Of a DNA stretch of 60,689 bases, positions 39,613 to 48,645 are shown piece after piece (position 1 is the stretch's first letter; each line of letters starts with the position of its first letter). The notes under the pieces are model-generated. The model was not told where the DNA came from. It worked only from the letters and a program-made list of their open reading frames with translations, and searched no databases. The stretch is from Chthoniobacterales bacterium (GTDB lineage: Bacteria; Verrucomicrobiota; Verrucomicrobiia; Chthoniobacterales; Chthoniobacteraceae). Location: assembly GCA_038240495.1 (NCBI GenBank), contig JBBSDS010000001.1, positions 1 to 60,689 of the forward strand. The letters are read 5' to 3'. The position numbers and the translations under genes are program-made.

Positions 39613-41211
39613 CTATGACCGCTGAGCGCGGCGGAGGGTGAAATCGACCTGAAGGCCGTTGGGCTGCCGATTTTTCACTGAGACGCTGCCACCGCAGGCT
39701 TCGATGCAGCTTTTAACGATGGCCAGGCCGAGGCCGGTTCCGCCGGTTTCCCGAGTCCGCGCGGCTTCGGGGCGAAAGAACGGATCGAAGAGCCGATGCA
39801 GCGCTTCCTCCGGCACACCGGGTCCGCAATCCTCGACGGAAATGACGACGTCCGGCCCGCTCTCGACTGCTGAGACGGTGATCGGACCGGTGACGCCACC
39901 CTTGTTACTGCGAACGGGACGGTAGGAATATTTTTGCGGACCATCTTTGCCGCCGTCGGCGGGTGACGGGTTCGCATAGCGCCGCGCATTGCGCACAACG
40001 TTGCCGAGGGCGCGGGCGAGCAGGTCCGGCTCGGCGAGCGCGGTGAGCCCGCCAGAGATATCCACGACGACTTCGCCGCTGTCCTGTGTTTCGCGGGCGA
40101 CGACACGGTAGGCGAGTTCGGCCAGAGCCACGGGCTTGAGTTCCACATTTTTTCCGCCTACGCCGGCTTTGGAAAAGGAGAGCAGTTCATTGACCAGCGA
40201 AGACATCTGCCTCAGCTCCTCGCGCACATCGGCGACGTAGCTGTGCTGCGTCTCGTCGGCGCGCTGATCGAGGATGCTGAGTGCCATCTCCATGCGTGCC
40301 AGCGGTGAGCATAGTTCGTGGGCGATGTCGCCGAGGAAGCGTTTCTGGCCGGTGAAAAACTCGCGCAGCCGTCCAGCCATGTGATTCAGCGCCGTGGCGA
40401 GGCGGCCGAGTTCGTCGGCACGCGTGGTGTGGACCGTGGTGTCGAATCGGCCCTGCGCGATCGCTTCGGCGGTGCCAGTCATCTGGCGCAAGGCGCGCGT
40501 GATGCCGCGGACGAGTGGCAGCCAGAGGAGGACGGACACCGCGAGCACGACGGCGGCACCGATGATCCACGGCTTCACGTCGAAGAGCAGCCCATTGCCG
40601 CTCAGCGATGGCGTGGCGACGATGAGGGTGCAGCGCATCGGTTGATGATTCTGGCGATCGGGCACAGGCACGCGGATCAAGACCCAGTAAAGCGCCGGCT
40701 GGGTGGTGTGGAGAATCGATTTGGGGAAGCCATTTGACGGGAGAGGCATGCCCGAGGGCGGTGGTTCCGGGGGTGGATTTCCCGGCGACGGGGAATCGCG
40801 CCGACTTTCCCGCGATCCGCCTTGGAGCAAGGCCTTGCGCGGAGCCGTGATTCTTTCGATCACGGCCGCAGGCGGCTCCGCGATCTCTCCAGCGAGCCGG
40901 CTGCCGTCATTGCGATAAAGCGCGACCTGCACTCGATAGGCGTCCGCGCTGCTCTGGAGGACGGCGGGCCAGTTGGCGGGCGGGCGCTCGTTCAGTTGCA
41001 CGACGACGACTTCGGCCATGGCCTGCAATCGCTCGTTGGCCGGACCGGCGAGCAGCGAATCCAGTCCCAAGCGGAATTGCGCGCGGACAAAAATCCATCC
41101 CACGATGCCGAGGAAAGCGAGATTGACGAAGAACCAAACGAGGATCTTCGCCGAGAGCGGAAAACGGATCCAGCGGACCGGAGCGGAAGGCGCTGGTGAA
41201 TCAGAAGACAT
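39613..41211 (-). CDS. HAMP-domain sensor histidine kinase
   Basis: Two TMs, HAMP (ADELGRLA), H-box DIAHELCSPL, N-box NVVRNA, DCGPG, GGTGLGLAI. Confidence 0.94.
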   Translation of the reverse strand: MSSDSPAPSAPVRWIRFPLSAKILVWFFVNLAFLGIVGWIFVRAQFRLGLDSLLAGPANERLQAMAEVVVVQLNERPPANWPAVLQSSADAYRVQVALYRNDGSRLAGEIAEPPAAVIERITAPRKALLQGGSRESRRDSPSPGNPPPEPPPSGMPLPSNGFPKSILHTTQPALYWVLIRVPVPDRQNHQPMRCTLIVATPSLSGNGLLFDVKPWIIGAAVVLAVSVLLWLPLVRGITRALRQMTGTAEAIAQGRFDTTVHTTRADELGRLATALNHMAGRLREFFTGQKRFLGDIAHELCSPLARMEMALSILDQRADETQHSYVADVREELRQMSSLVNELLSFSKAGVGGKNVELKPVALAELAYRVVARETQDSGEVVVDISGGLTALAEPDLLARALGNVVRNARRYANPSPADGGKDGPQKYSYRPVRSNKGGVTGPITVSAVESGPDVVISVEDCGPGVPEEALHRLFDPFFRPEAARTRETGGTGLGLAIVKSCIEACGGSVSVKNRQPNGLQVDFTLRRAQRS

Positions 41212-41935
41212 CGGTGCGGGGATCGATGAGCATGTAGCCAGCGGTGCGCACCGTCCGGATGAAGCGCGGAGTCTTGGGGTCGTCGCCGAGCTTTTTCCGC
41301 AGCGCGGAAATGTGGACGTCGATGGAGCGATCGAAGACTTCGTAGTCGCGGTCGCGGATTTCTTCGAGCAGATGATCGCGCGTTTTCACGCGACCCTTGG
41401 CGCGCGCCAGCGAGAGCAGCAATTCGAACTCAACTGGCGTCAGCACGAGCGGATGATCGCCAAGCGCGGCGGTCCGCGCCGCGGGCAGGATGCGCAGCGT
41501 GTCGATCACAATCTCGGCGACGTCATTCGCGGCGGGCGACGCTGCTGCCCGCGTCGTGCGGCGGGTCACCGCGCGCAATCGGGCAAGCAGTTCGCGCGAC
41601 GAAAAGGTTTTCGGGAGATAATCGTCGGCACCGATTTCGAGGCCGACGATGCGGTCCGCCTCGTCGCCACGCGAGGTGAGCATGAGGACCGGGACATCGC
41701 TCTTGTGGCGGATTTGTTTCAGCACCTCGAAGCCGTCTAGCCCCGGCAGCATCAGGTCGAGGATCACCGCCTGCCATTGCTCAGCCGTCGCGCGCTCGAC
41801 GCCTTCCGGGCCAGTGTGGACGGCGCTCACTTCATAGCCAAGCGGGTGGAGATAGTCGGTGATGAGCCGGCAGAGCTTGCGGTCGTCGTCGATGACGAGG
41901 AGGCGCGGGCGGTCGGAGGCAGCGGGCGGGTTCAT
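41201..41935 (-). CDS. OmpR/CpxR-family response regulator
   Basis: VIDDD, LDLMLP, GADDYLPK, DRSIDVHISALRKKL. Confidence 0.95.
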   Translation of the reverse strand: MNPPAASDRPRLLVIDDDRKLCRLITDYLHPLGYEVSAVHTGPEGVERATAEQWQAVILDLMLPGLDGFEVLKQIRHKSDVPVLMLTSRGDEADRIVGLEIGADDYLPKTFSSRELLARLRAVTRRTTRAAASPAANDVAEIVIDTLRILPAARTAALGDHPLVLTPVEFELLLSLARAKGRVKTRDHLLEEIRDRDYEVFDRSIDVHISALRKKLGDDPKTPRFIRTVRTAGYMLIDPRTDVF

Positions 41936-42092
41936 GGGTTTGGAAGCCAGTCAGGCAGAGTACTGGTTTGGGGCGATGGCGGTGGAAAGATTTACACTTC
42001 CTTAACAAAATAGCGGGTCCATGCTCATTCACGCTTAACAAAGCGACGACACGTTTGAATTCCGTGGCGAGAAGATCGCCGCGGACAAACTC

Positions 42093-42473
42093 ATGAAAGC
42101 TTCGCTCTTTTTTTCCACCGTTGCGGTCGCTTTTGTATTCACGGCTGCTCCGCTCCGTGCCGACGAACTGCATCCTGCCGCCGCGTCAGCGGACATGCAG
42201 GCGCTCGTGGCTCAGTTGCTCCAGGCTGTCACTGCGGCGCCGAGTGAGCCGGCGCCGGTTCTGGCAGCAGCGCCCGCTGGCGCAGTGGCGCCGGTCCCGA
42301 AGGCGATTCCGCGCGCGACCAGCAGCCTCCAGACTGGCCGGCTGATGAACGGAAGTCTCCGCACCGCCAGCCTGGCGCCGTCGGCACCTCTCGGCGGCCG
42401 TGGCATGACGGGTGGTGTCGCCCGCCTGAACGACGAGGACTGGCGTCTCCTCTTTCCCGTCAAGCAGCCCTGA
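42093..42473 (+). CDS. Small exported hypothetical protein
   Basis: Signal-peptide-like N-terminus, Ala/Pro-rich; divergent from the two-component genes. Confidence 0.5.
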   Translation: MKASLFFSTVAVAFVFTAAPLRADELHPAAASADMQALVAQLLQAVTAAPSEPAPVLAAAPAGAVAPVPKAIPRATSSLQTGRLMNGSLRTASLAPSAPLGGRGMTGGVARLNDEDWRLLFPVKQP

Positions 42474-42533
42474 CCAAAACCCACGCGCTCCATTTTCCTC
42501 CGCTCGGCAACTTCCCACCAACCCACCAAACCC

Positions 42534-43277
42534 ATGAAAATAAGAACCCTCCTCCTCACTCTGGCCGTCGCCTTCCCGGTCGCTTCCAGCTTCGCCCAAG
42601 GCCCGGGCCGACCGCCCGGACCGCCACCGGGGAAGGGTCCGCAGCAACCCGACGGGCAGCGCCCGAAAGGCCAGGATGGCCAGCGCCCGGATCGCGGTCC
42701 GCAAGATCCTGGCGATCATCCTCCCGGCCCGATGGCGGTGCCGCCGCTGCTTCACGCCCTCGATACGGACGACGACGGAATCATTTCCGCGGACGAGATC
42801 AAGAATGCGCCCGCTTCGCTCGCCACGCTCGACAAAAATGGTGACAAGCAAATCACGCCCGACGAATTGCGCCCGCCGCATCCGGAACAGGGCGGTGGAA
42901 AGAAAGGCAACGGCGATCAATCGCAAAAAAAGGCGGATGGCGATAAGCCCGACAAGAAGGCTGCAGACTGGCCCTTTGCCAAAGACAAGACCGGGAAAAC
43001 CGACGATCAGGCAATCGCTCCAAAGGCCGGTGGTGACCAAGGCGCCAAGGGCACCAAAGTGGCCAAGGGAGACAAGCCGCAGGGTCCGCCGCCTTCGACG
43101 CTCCTGGGCGCTCTGGATACGGATCACGACGGAATCATCTCCGAGGAGGAAATCGCGAAATCGTCTGACTCGCTGTTGAAACTCGACAAAAATGGCGACG
43201 GCCAACTTGGGCCGCGCGAGTACAACGCACCGCCGCAGGGTGGTCCGAAAGAAGTCGCGCCGAAACCCGCCGAATAG
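42534..43277 (+). CDS. Exported EF-hand domain protein
   Basis: Signal peptide and four EF loops: DTDDDGIISADE, DKNGDKQITPDE, DTDHDGIISEEE, DKNGDGQLGPRE. Confidence 0.88.
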   Translation: MKIRTLLLTLAVAFPVASSFAQGPGRPPGPPPGKGPQQPDGQRPKGQDGQRPDRGPQDPGDHPPGPMAVPPLLHALDTDDDGIISADEIKNAPASLATLDKNGDKQITPDELRPPHPEQGGGKKGNGDQSQKKADGDKPDKKAADWPFAKDKTGKTDDQAIAPKAGGDQGAKGTKVAKGDKPQGPPPSTLLGALDTDHDGIISEEEIAKSSDSLLKLDKNGDGQLGPREYNAPPQGGPKEVAPKPAE

Positions 43278-43585
43278 ACAGCCTGAAAGTCACAAGTTCC
43301 AACACGCGCCCGTGCAGCGGAGTCGAACTCGCTGGCGGGCGCGTTTGGCGTCTGGAGCGGCCAGAAAATTCGCCTTGCTCGCAGCGCGGCGCTCGCTTAC
43401 ACCGTCCGCTCGGGCAAGGAGCAAATGCCACCTGCCCCTTTGCCAGAACGCCTTCGCAAGCGCGGCGATGCCGGAGCCGGAACCGGCGGATTTATCCGCG
43501 GGACGACCAAGAAAATTGCGAACCCGAAGTTTAAAATACTGCGCGAGTGTCTGCTCCACACCCGCGCGGAAAGGAAAGCCTCCCT

Positions 43586-44173
43586 ATTCAAATACAGAAC
43601 CGTGTTAATGGTCGAATCCGCGCCCGCGAGGTGCGTGTGATCCTCGCGTCCACCGGCGAACAACTTGGCGTGATGAAGTTGTCGGACGCCATCCGCAGGG
43701 CGCAGGAACTCGGCCTCGACCTTGTCGAAGTCGCCGCCAACGCCAATCCTCCCGTCTGCCGAATCGTCGATTTCGGCAAATTCAAATACGAAGCGGCGAA
43801 GCAGGATAAAGAGAAGAAGAACACCGGCAGCAAGCTCAAGGAGATCAAGTTCCGGGTGAACATCGATGAGCACGATTACGTGACGAAATTGCGGCACGGC
43901 GAGGAGTTCCTCGACAAGGGAAACAAGGTGCGCGTGCAGTTGCAATTCCGCGGACGCGAAATGGCCCACCAAGAACTCGGCATGGCGCTAATGGGTCGTG
44001 TGAAGACCGATCTTTCGGGCATGGCTCAGGTCGAGATGGAGCCGAAACTTATGGGCAAAAGTGTGACGATGACACTCGCGCCGCTACCCGCGAACAAGCG
44101 CAAGCGCCACTTCTACAGCGATCACGATTTGCCGCCGCTCGAGGATACCGACAAAGACGAAGACGACGAATAA
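43586..44173 (+). CDS. infC: Translation initiation factor IF-3 (probable ATT start)
   Basis: RVNGRIRAREVRVI, LDLVEV, PPVCRIVDFGKFKY, KEIKFR, FRGRE. In-frame ATT at 43586 follows purine-rich aaggaaag; GTG 43547 is the alternative. Confidence 0.95.
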   Translation: MQIQNRVNGRIRAREVRVILASTGEQLGVMKLSDAIRRAQELGLDLVEVAANANPPVCRIVDFGKFKYEAAKQDKEKKNTGSKLKEIKFRVNIDEHDYVTKLRHGEEFLDKGNKVRVQLQFRGREMAHQELGMALMGRVKTDLSGMAQVEMEPKLMGKSVTMTLAPLPANKRKRHFYSDHDLPPLEDTDKDEDDE

Positions 44174-45408
44174 GTCGTCGCGCTGGAGCGTACCTGGTGC
44201 GGGGATGGTGAAGCGTTCTGCGCGCTTGTTGCGACCAATGTCCCGGCGGTTTCGCGCGGCTCGGAGAAGAGTGCATTTATCGATGCGGCCAGACACGCGG
44301 TGAGCACGGCCCACGGCAGCAATAGCCATGGCCCCCATGTGCCGATCGACGGTTGGATGAGCAAGCCCTGATTCCAAGGCATCCCGCCAGAGATACTGTT
44401 GTAAAAGGCGAACAGCCCCACGGATGAAGCGGCCGTGACCGCGGCGTACCAGCGTTCCGAACGCAGCAGAAGGAACGGCGCGATCCAGAGCAGATATTGC
44501 ACGCCGAAGCCGGGGGCAAAGACCAGGAAGAACAAAAACGCCAGCGCGAGCGTGGAAAAGAGCGCGTCTGCCGGCTCCGCGCGCCCCCGCCACGCGAGCA
44601 CGAGCACGCTACCGATGACGAGCGCTTTCAACGCGAGGATGACGGTCGTCTGCGCTGCGCTGTACGGCGGCGAGGCCCGGAAAAAATCAGCCATACCCGT
44701 CATCCGAAGCAGGTAGGTGAAACCCCACCAGCCCCAGATGCTATTCTGCGCGAGCACTTGCTTCACAAAAGGCCCCGGCACCACGCACAGCGGCACGATC
44801 CAGCCGGCCAGCGTCGTGGCGACTGCCGCGCCGGTGAAGGGCAGTGCCTTGCGCCGATGCAACCAATAGAAGAAGAATACCGGCGCGACGAGCAGCGGGA
44901 TGATTTTCACCTGACAGGTGAGCCCAAGAAGCAGCCCCGCCCAAGCCGGACGCCCGCGCACGCACGCCACTGCGGTGAGCATGACGCCGAGGACGATGAA
45001 AGGATCAAAATTTCCGTGGTAGCCGGAGATCATGAAGGACACAGGGCTGGCGGCGAAGAGCGCGACCGCCCACCACGCAGGCCGGCCTGTCTTGCGGCGC
45101 AGCCAGAGAAGGAGAAAAAAAGTCGCGAGTTCCGCGGCGATGCCGGGCAGCCGGATCAGGCGGGAGATCACGCGTCCGTGGCCGTCGGCCCAATTCCAAA
45201 TCAGCCCGAGATATTCCGTGAGTAACGGCGGGTGATTGTAGATGGGCACTTCGCGATAGACGGCCGCGACGCCGCGATCGGCGATGACGTGGCCGAACTG
45301 CGCAAAAAATGCGACGTCCGCGGTTCCGATCGTCGTCCACGCACAATAGACCTTGGCCGCCGTCGCGAGGAGCGCGAGGGCGAGGACGAGAAGTTCGGGT
45401 TTCTTCAT
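44122..45408 (-). CDS. GT-C (GT87/PIG-M-like) polytopic membrane glycosyltransferase, copy 3
   Basis: Real start MKKPELLVL at 45408; motifs YNHPPL, SGYHGNFD, KIIPLL, APGFGVQYL shared with neighbours. Confidence 0.75.
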   Translation of the reverse strand: MKKPELLVLALALLATAAKVYCAWTTIGTADVAFFAQFGHVIADRGVAAVYREVPIYNHPPLLTEYLGLIWNWADGHGRVISRLIRLPGIAAELATFFLLLWLRRKTGRPAWWAVALFAASPVSFMISGYHGNFDPFIVLGVMLTAVACVRGRPAWAGLLLGLTCQVKIIPLLVAPVFFFYWLHRRKALPFTGAAVATTLAGWIVPLCVVPGPFVKQVLAQNSIWGWWGFTYLLRMTGMADFFRASPPYSAAQTTVILALKALVIGSVLVLAWRGRAEPADALFSTLALAFLFFLVFAPGFGVQYLLWIAPFLLLRSERWYAAVTAASSVGLFAFYNSISGGMPWNQGLLIQPSIGTWGPWLLLPWAVLTACLAASINALFSEPRETAGTLVATSAQNASPSPHQVRSSATTYSSSSSLSVSSSGGKS

Positions 45409-45422
45409 GGGCGGCTCCCTGT

Positions 45423-46601
45423 CTAAGCAGGCGGCGTGCAGGCGGAGGACTCGACTTGTGAATCTTCTTTCCGCCAGGCTTGTGCGCCGAGGAAGGAGAC
45501 GAGCGTCAGCCAGGGGAGATTGGTCCACGCGACCCATTGTGGAAGAATCTCGGCGGTGGAAATGCCGCGGTTCCACGGCAACCCGTGCGAGATCGTCGTG
45601 TAAAAGACGAAAAGGAAAACCGCGCTCGCCGCCGTGATGGTCGCATACCAGCGCGGTGCATGGAGGAGGAGCACGGGCGCAAACCAGACGAGATACTGTG
45701 CGCCGACGCCGGGTGCGAAGACCAAGAACACCGTCCAGATGACGCAGAGCGTCGAGTTCAGCGCGTATGCCGGAAGCTCGCGTCGCCGCCAGCCGAGCCA
45801 CAGGGCCGCACCGACGATCACCGCTTTCAACGCGCCCATGACCGCGAGTTGCCACGTCGTGAGTCCTTGAAAACCGACGGGCGCAAACGGCGTCCAGCCC
45901 GTCACGTGTAGCCAGTACGTGAAGCCCCAGCTTCCCCAGTTGCTGTTGTAGCCGAGGACATTGTGGAGGAACACATCCGGCATCGCGAAGAGCGGAGCGG
46001 ACCAGCCGAGAAGGATCGCGCCGGTCGCGATGCTGAGGAACGCCGCGCCGCGCCCTCGTGCGAGCCAGAAGAAAAAGAAGGCGGGCGCAAGAAGCAGCGG
46101 GATCACTTTCACCTGACAAGCCAGGGCGAAGAACAGCGCGCACGCGACCACGCGGTCGCGCATGCACTCCCGCACCGCGAGGAGCAGCAGCCACGCGAGC
46201 ACAGAGTCCACGTTGCCGTGAAAGCCGGAGACCATGAAGTTCACAGGGCTGAGCGCGAATAGTCCCAACGCCCACCAAGGCGGCTGGCCGGATTTTTCTC
46301 GCAGATCGAGCAGCACACGCACCGCGAGGAAGTCCGCGACGATGCCCGGCAATCGGAGCAGCAAATTGAAGGCGAAGCCGTTGCCGATTGCGTAAGCCAG
46401 CGCGCAGTACCAGCCGGTGAGCGGCGTGTGATTGAACTCCGGCGTCGCCCGGTATTGCGCGAGCAGACCGTGCTCCCAGATGAACCGGCCGAAGTTGTAG
46501 AACGCGTCGGCGTCGTTTGTGCCAGAAGTCGTCGCGGCGCAATACAGCTTCGCCCCGAGCGCGAGCAGCGCCGCGAAGAGAATGGCCGTGCGCGGTTTCA
46601 T
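45423..46601 (-). CDS. GT-C (GT87/PIG-M-like) membrane glycosyltransferase, copy 2
   Basis: GTND, FNHTPL, SGFHGNVD, KVIPLL, APGVGAQYL. Confidence 0.75.
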   Translation of the reverse strand: MKPRTAILFAALLALGAKLYCAATTSGTNDADAFYNFGRFIWEHGLLAQYRATPEFNHTPLTGWYCALAYAIGNGFAFNLLLRLPGIVADFLAVRVLLDLREKSGQPPWWALGLFALSPVNFMVSGFHGNVDSVLAWLLLLAVRECMRDRVVACALFFALACQVKVIPLLLAPAFFFFWLARGRGAAFLSIATGAILLGWSAPLFAMPDVFLHNVLGYNSNWGSWGFTYWLHVTGWTPFAPVGFQGLTTWQLAVMGALKAVIVGAALWLGWRRRELPAYALNSTLCVIWTVFLVFAPGVGAQYLVWFAPVLLLHAPRWYATITAASAVFLFVFYTTISHGLPWNRGISTAEILPQWVAWTNLPWLTLVSFLGAQAWRKEDSQVESSACTPPA

Positions 46602-46645
46602 GCGAGCCGTGAGTTAACACGCCCCGCGCGTGAACGCGATGCAGG

Positions 46646-47827
46646 TCAGGCGGGACGCGCTTCCGCCGCAAACTCAACCTTCACCGGGGCGAACCGGACC
46701 TGCTTGGCGAGGAACGCCACGAGCACCAACCACGGCAGGATCAGCCAGCCGACCCACTGCGCCGCCGTCGAGTGGACGGTGAAGCCGGTATCCCACGACA
46801 GACCTTTTGAAATAACGGTGTAGAAAGCAAAGAGCGCCACGCTGCTCGCCGCCGTCAGCGCCGCATACCAGCGCTCCGTCGCGACGAGGAAACACGGCGC
46901 GAGCCACACGAGGTACTGCGCGCCGAAGCCCGGCGCGAAGACGAAAAACACCGCCCACACCAGCGTGAGCGTCCGGAAAATCTCGACCCGTTCCACCTTC
47001 CGCCGCTGCCAGGCCAGCGCGAGGACCACTACGACAATCAGCAACTTCAGACCCTGCATGATCGCGGCTTCCGTGGGCGTCGTCTCATCAAAGGTGATGC
47101 CTTGCAAAGCCGGTAGTCCTGTCATCCGCAGGCCGTAGGTGATCCCCCACACGCCCCAAATGCTGCTGTAGCCGAGCACGTTTTTCAAAAAGACCGTTGG
47201 GATGGTGAGCAGCGGGTATAACCAGCCGATGAGGACCGTGAGGATCGCCGGGATGGAAAAGCGCAGCGCCTTTCGCTGCTGCCACCACAGAAAAAAGAAC
47301 ACGGGTGCGACGAGCAACGGGATGATCTTGATATTGCACGCCAACCCGAGGCACAGGCCGCAGAGTGCCGGGCGGTTCGCGGCGCAGGCCACCGCTGCGA
47401 GCAGAATGCTCAGAGCCATGACTGAATCGACGTTGCCGTGATAACCCGAAACCATGAAGGCGACAGGGCTCGCGGCAAAAAGCGCGAGCGCCCACCATGC
47501 CGGACGGCCGGTCTTTTCGCGGAGCCAGAGCAGCGCGAGCACAGCGAAGAAATCCGCGAAGATCGCCGGCAGCCGCAGATAAAAGGCGAAGAGCCGCTGC
47601 TCGCCGCCGGAGAGTCGCAGCGCCGCTTCCGAGAACCAGCCGACGAGCGGCGTATGGTTGAAGAACGTCGTCGCTTGATACATCGCCAGCAGTCCGTCGT
47701 GATGAATGGTGTGCGCGAACTTCCAGAAAAAGACTACATCGCACGAGCCGACCGTCGTCACGGCGCAGTAGAGTTTGGACAGCAGCGCGGCGACCGCGAG
47801 CAGGAGCACGAGGAGACGGGGTTTCAT
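46646..47827 (-). CDS. GT-C (GT87/PIG-M-like) membrane glycosyltransferase, copy 1
   Basis: Start MKPRLLVLL at 47827; GSCD, FNHTPL, SGYHGNVD, KIIPLL, APGFGAQYL. Confidence 0.75.
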   Translation of the reverse strand: MKPRLLVLLLAVAALLSKLYCAVTTVGSCDVVFFWKFAHTIHHDGLLAMYQATTFFNHTPLVGWFSEAALRLSGGEQRLFAFYLRLPAIFADFFAVLALLWLREKTGRPAWWALALFAASPVAFMVSGYHGNVDSVMALSILLAAVACAANRPALCGLCLGLACNIKIIPLLVAPVFFFLWWQQRKALRFSIPAILTVLIGWLYPLLTIPTVFLKNVLGYSSIWGVWGITYGLRMTGLPALQGITFDETTPTEAAIMQGLKLLIVVVVLALAWQRRKVERVEIFRTLTLVWAVFFVFAPGFGAQYLVWLAPCFLVATERWYAALTAASSVALFAFYTVISKGLSWDTGFTVHSTAAQWVGWLILPWLVLVAFLAKQVRFAPVKVEFAAEARPA

Positions 47828-47907
47828 TTGGGCGAGTTTGTTTTTAGCAGGGATTGTGCCTTCAGGATTCACATTGCCAGCCTTGCGGCCTGGCACGGAG
47901 TGCGGGC

Positions 47908-48603
47908 ATGCTCCCCGCCTTGGAAAAGAGACTCCTCCTTTTCGACATCGACGGCACGCTGCTCACTTCCGGCGGCGCCGGCGAACGCGCGCTCCGGCGC
48001 GGCTTCCGCGAGCGCTTCGGGATCGACGACGACTTGGCGACGGTCGAGATCGCCGGCCGCACGGACTCCGGGATCGCCCGCCGCATGCTCGCCGCGCACG
48101 GGCTCGAGGAGACGCCGGAAAATCTCACGGCATTCTTCGACGGCTATCTGCACTTCCTCGCCGCTGAACTTCCCGCATCATCCGGACGATTGCTCCCCGG
48201 CATTCTGCCGCTGCTCGATGCGCTCAAGGCCCGTTCCGATATCGTTCTCGCGCTGCTCACCGGCAACCTCGAACGCGGCGCGGAACTGAAGCTCACGCAC
48301 TACGGCGTGTGGAAATATTTTGAGTTTGGCGCGTACGCCGACGATCACCACGACCGCGATCAACTCGGGCACTTCGCACGTTCGCGTGCGGCGGAAAAGC
48401 ACGGCGTCGAGTTTCCGCCGGAGCGCATCTTCGTTCTCGGCGACACGCCTCACGACATAACGTGCGCCCGCGCCATCGGTGCCAAAGCCATCGCCATCGC
48501 CACAGGAAAATTTTCACGCGCTAAACTCGGCGCCTGCGCGCCGGATTTTCTTTTCGACAATCTCGGCGACGTCACGGCGGTACTGGCAGCATTCGGTCTT
48601 TGA
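47908..48603 (+). CDS. HAD-family hydrolase (phosphoglycolate phosphatase-like)
   Basis: FDIDGTL, LTGN, GDTPHD. Confidence 0.92.
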   Translation: MLPALEKRLLLFDIDGTLLTSGGAGERALRRGFRERFGIDDDLATVEIAGRTDSGIARRMLAAHGLEETPENLTAFFDGYLHFLAAELPASSGRLLPGILPLLDALKARSDIVLALLTGNLERGAELKLTHYGVWKYFEFGAYADDHHDRDQLGHFARSRAAEKHGVEFPPERIFVLGDTPHDITCARAIGAKAIAIATGKFSRAKLGACAPDFLFDNLGDVTAVLAAFGL

Positions 48604-48645
48604 TCAGCCGCGCGGGTTTGCTTTTGCAGCAGGAGCGGATTGGGT

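Noticed and set aside
44122-44173. 52-bp convergent overlap of infC and the glycosyltransferase gene
   Set aside because: Both tails are low-complexity; most simply a drifted stop codon rather than a functional overlap.
45409-46677. N-terminal half of the 851-aa ORF 44122-46677
   Set aside because: Arg-rich alternative frame overlapping the real gene 45423-46601; the protein starts at 45408.
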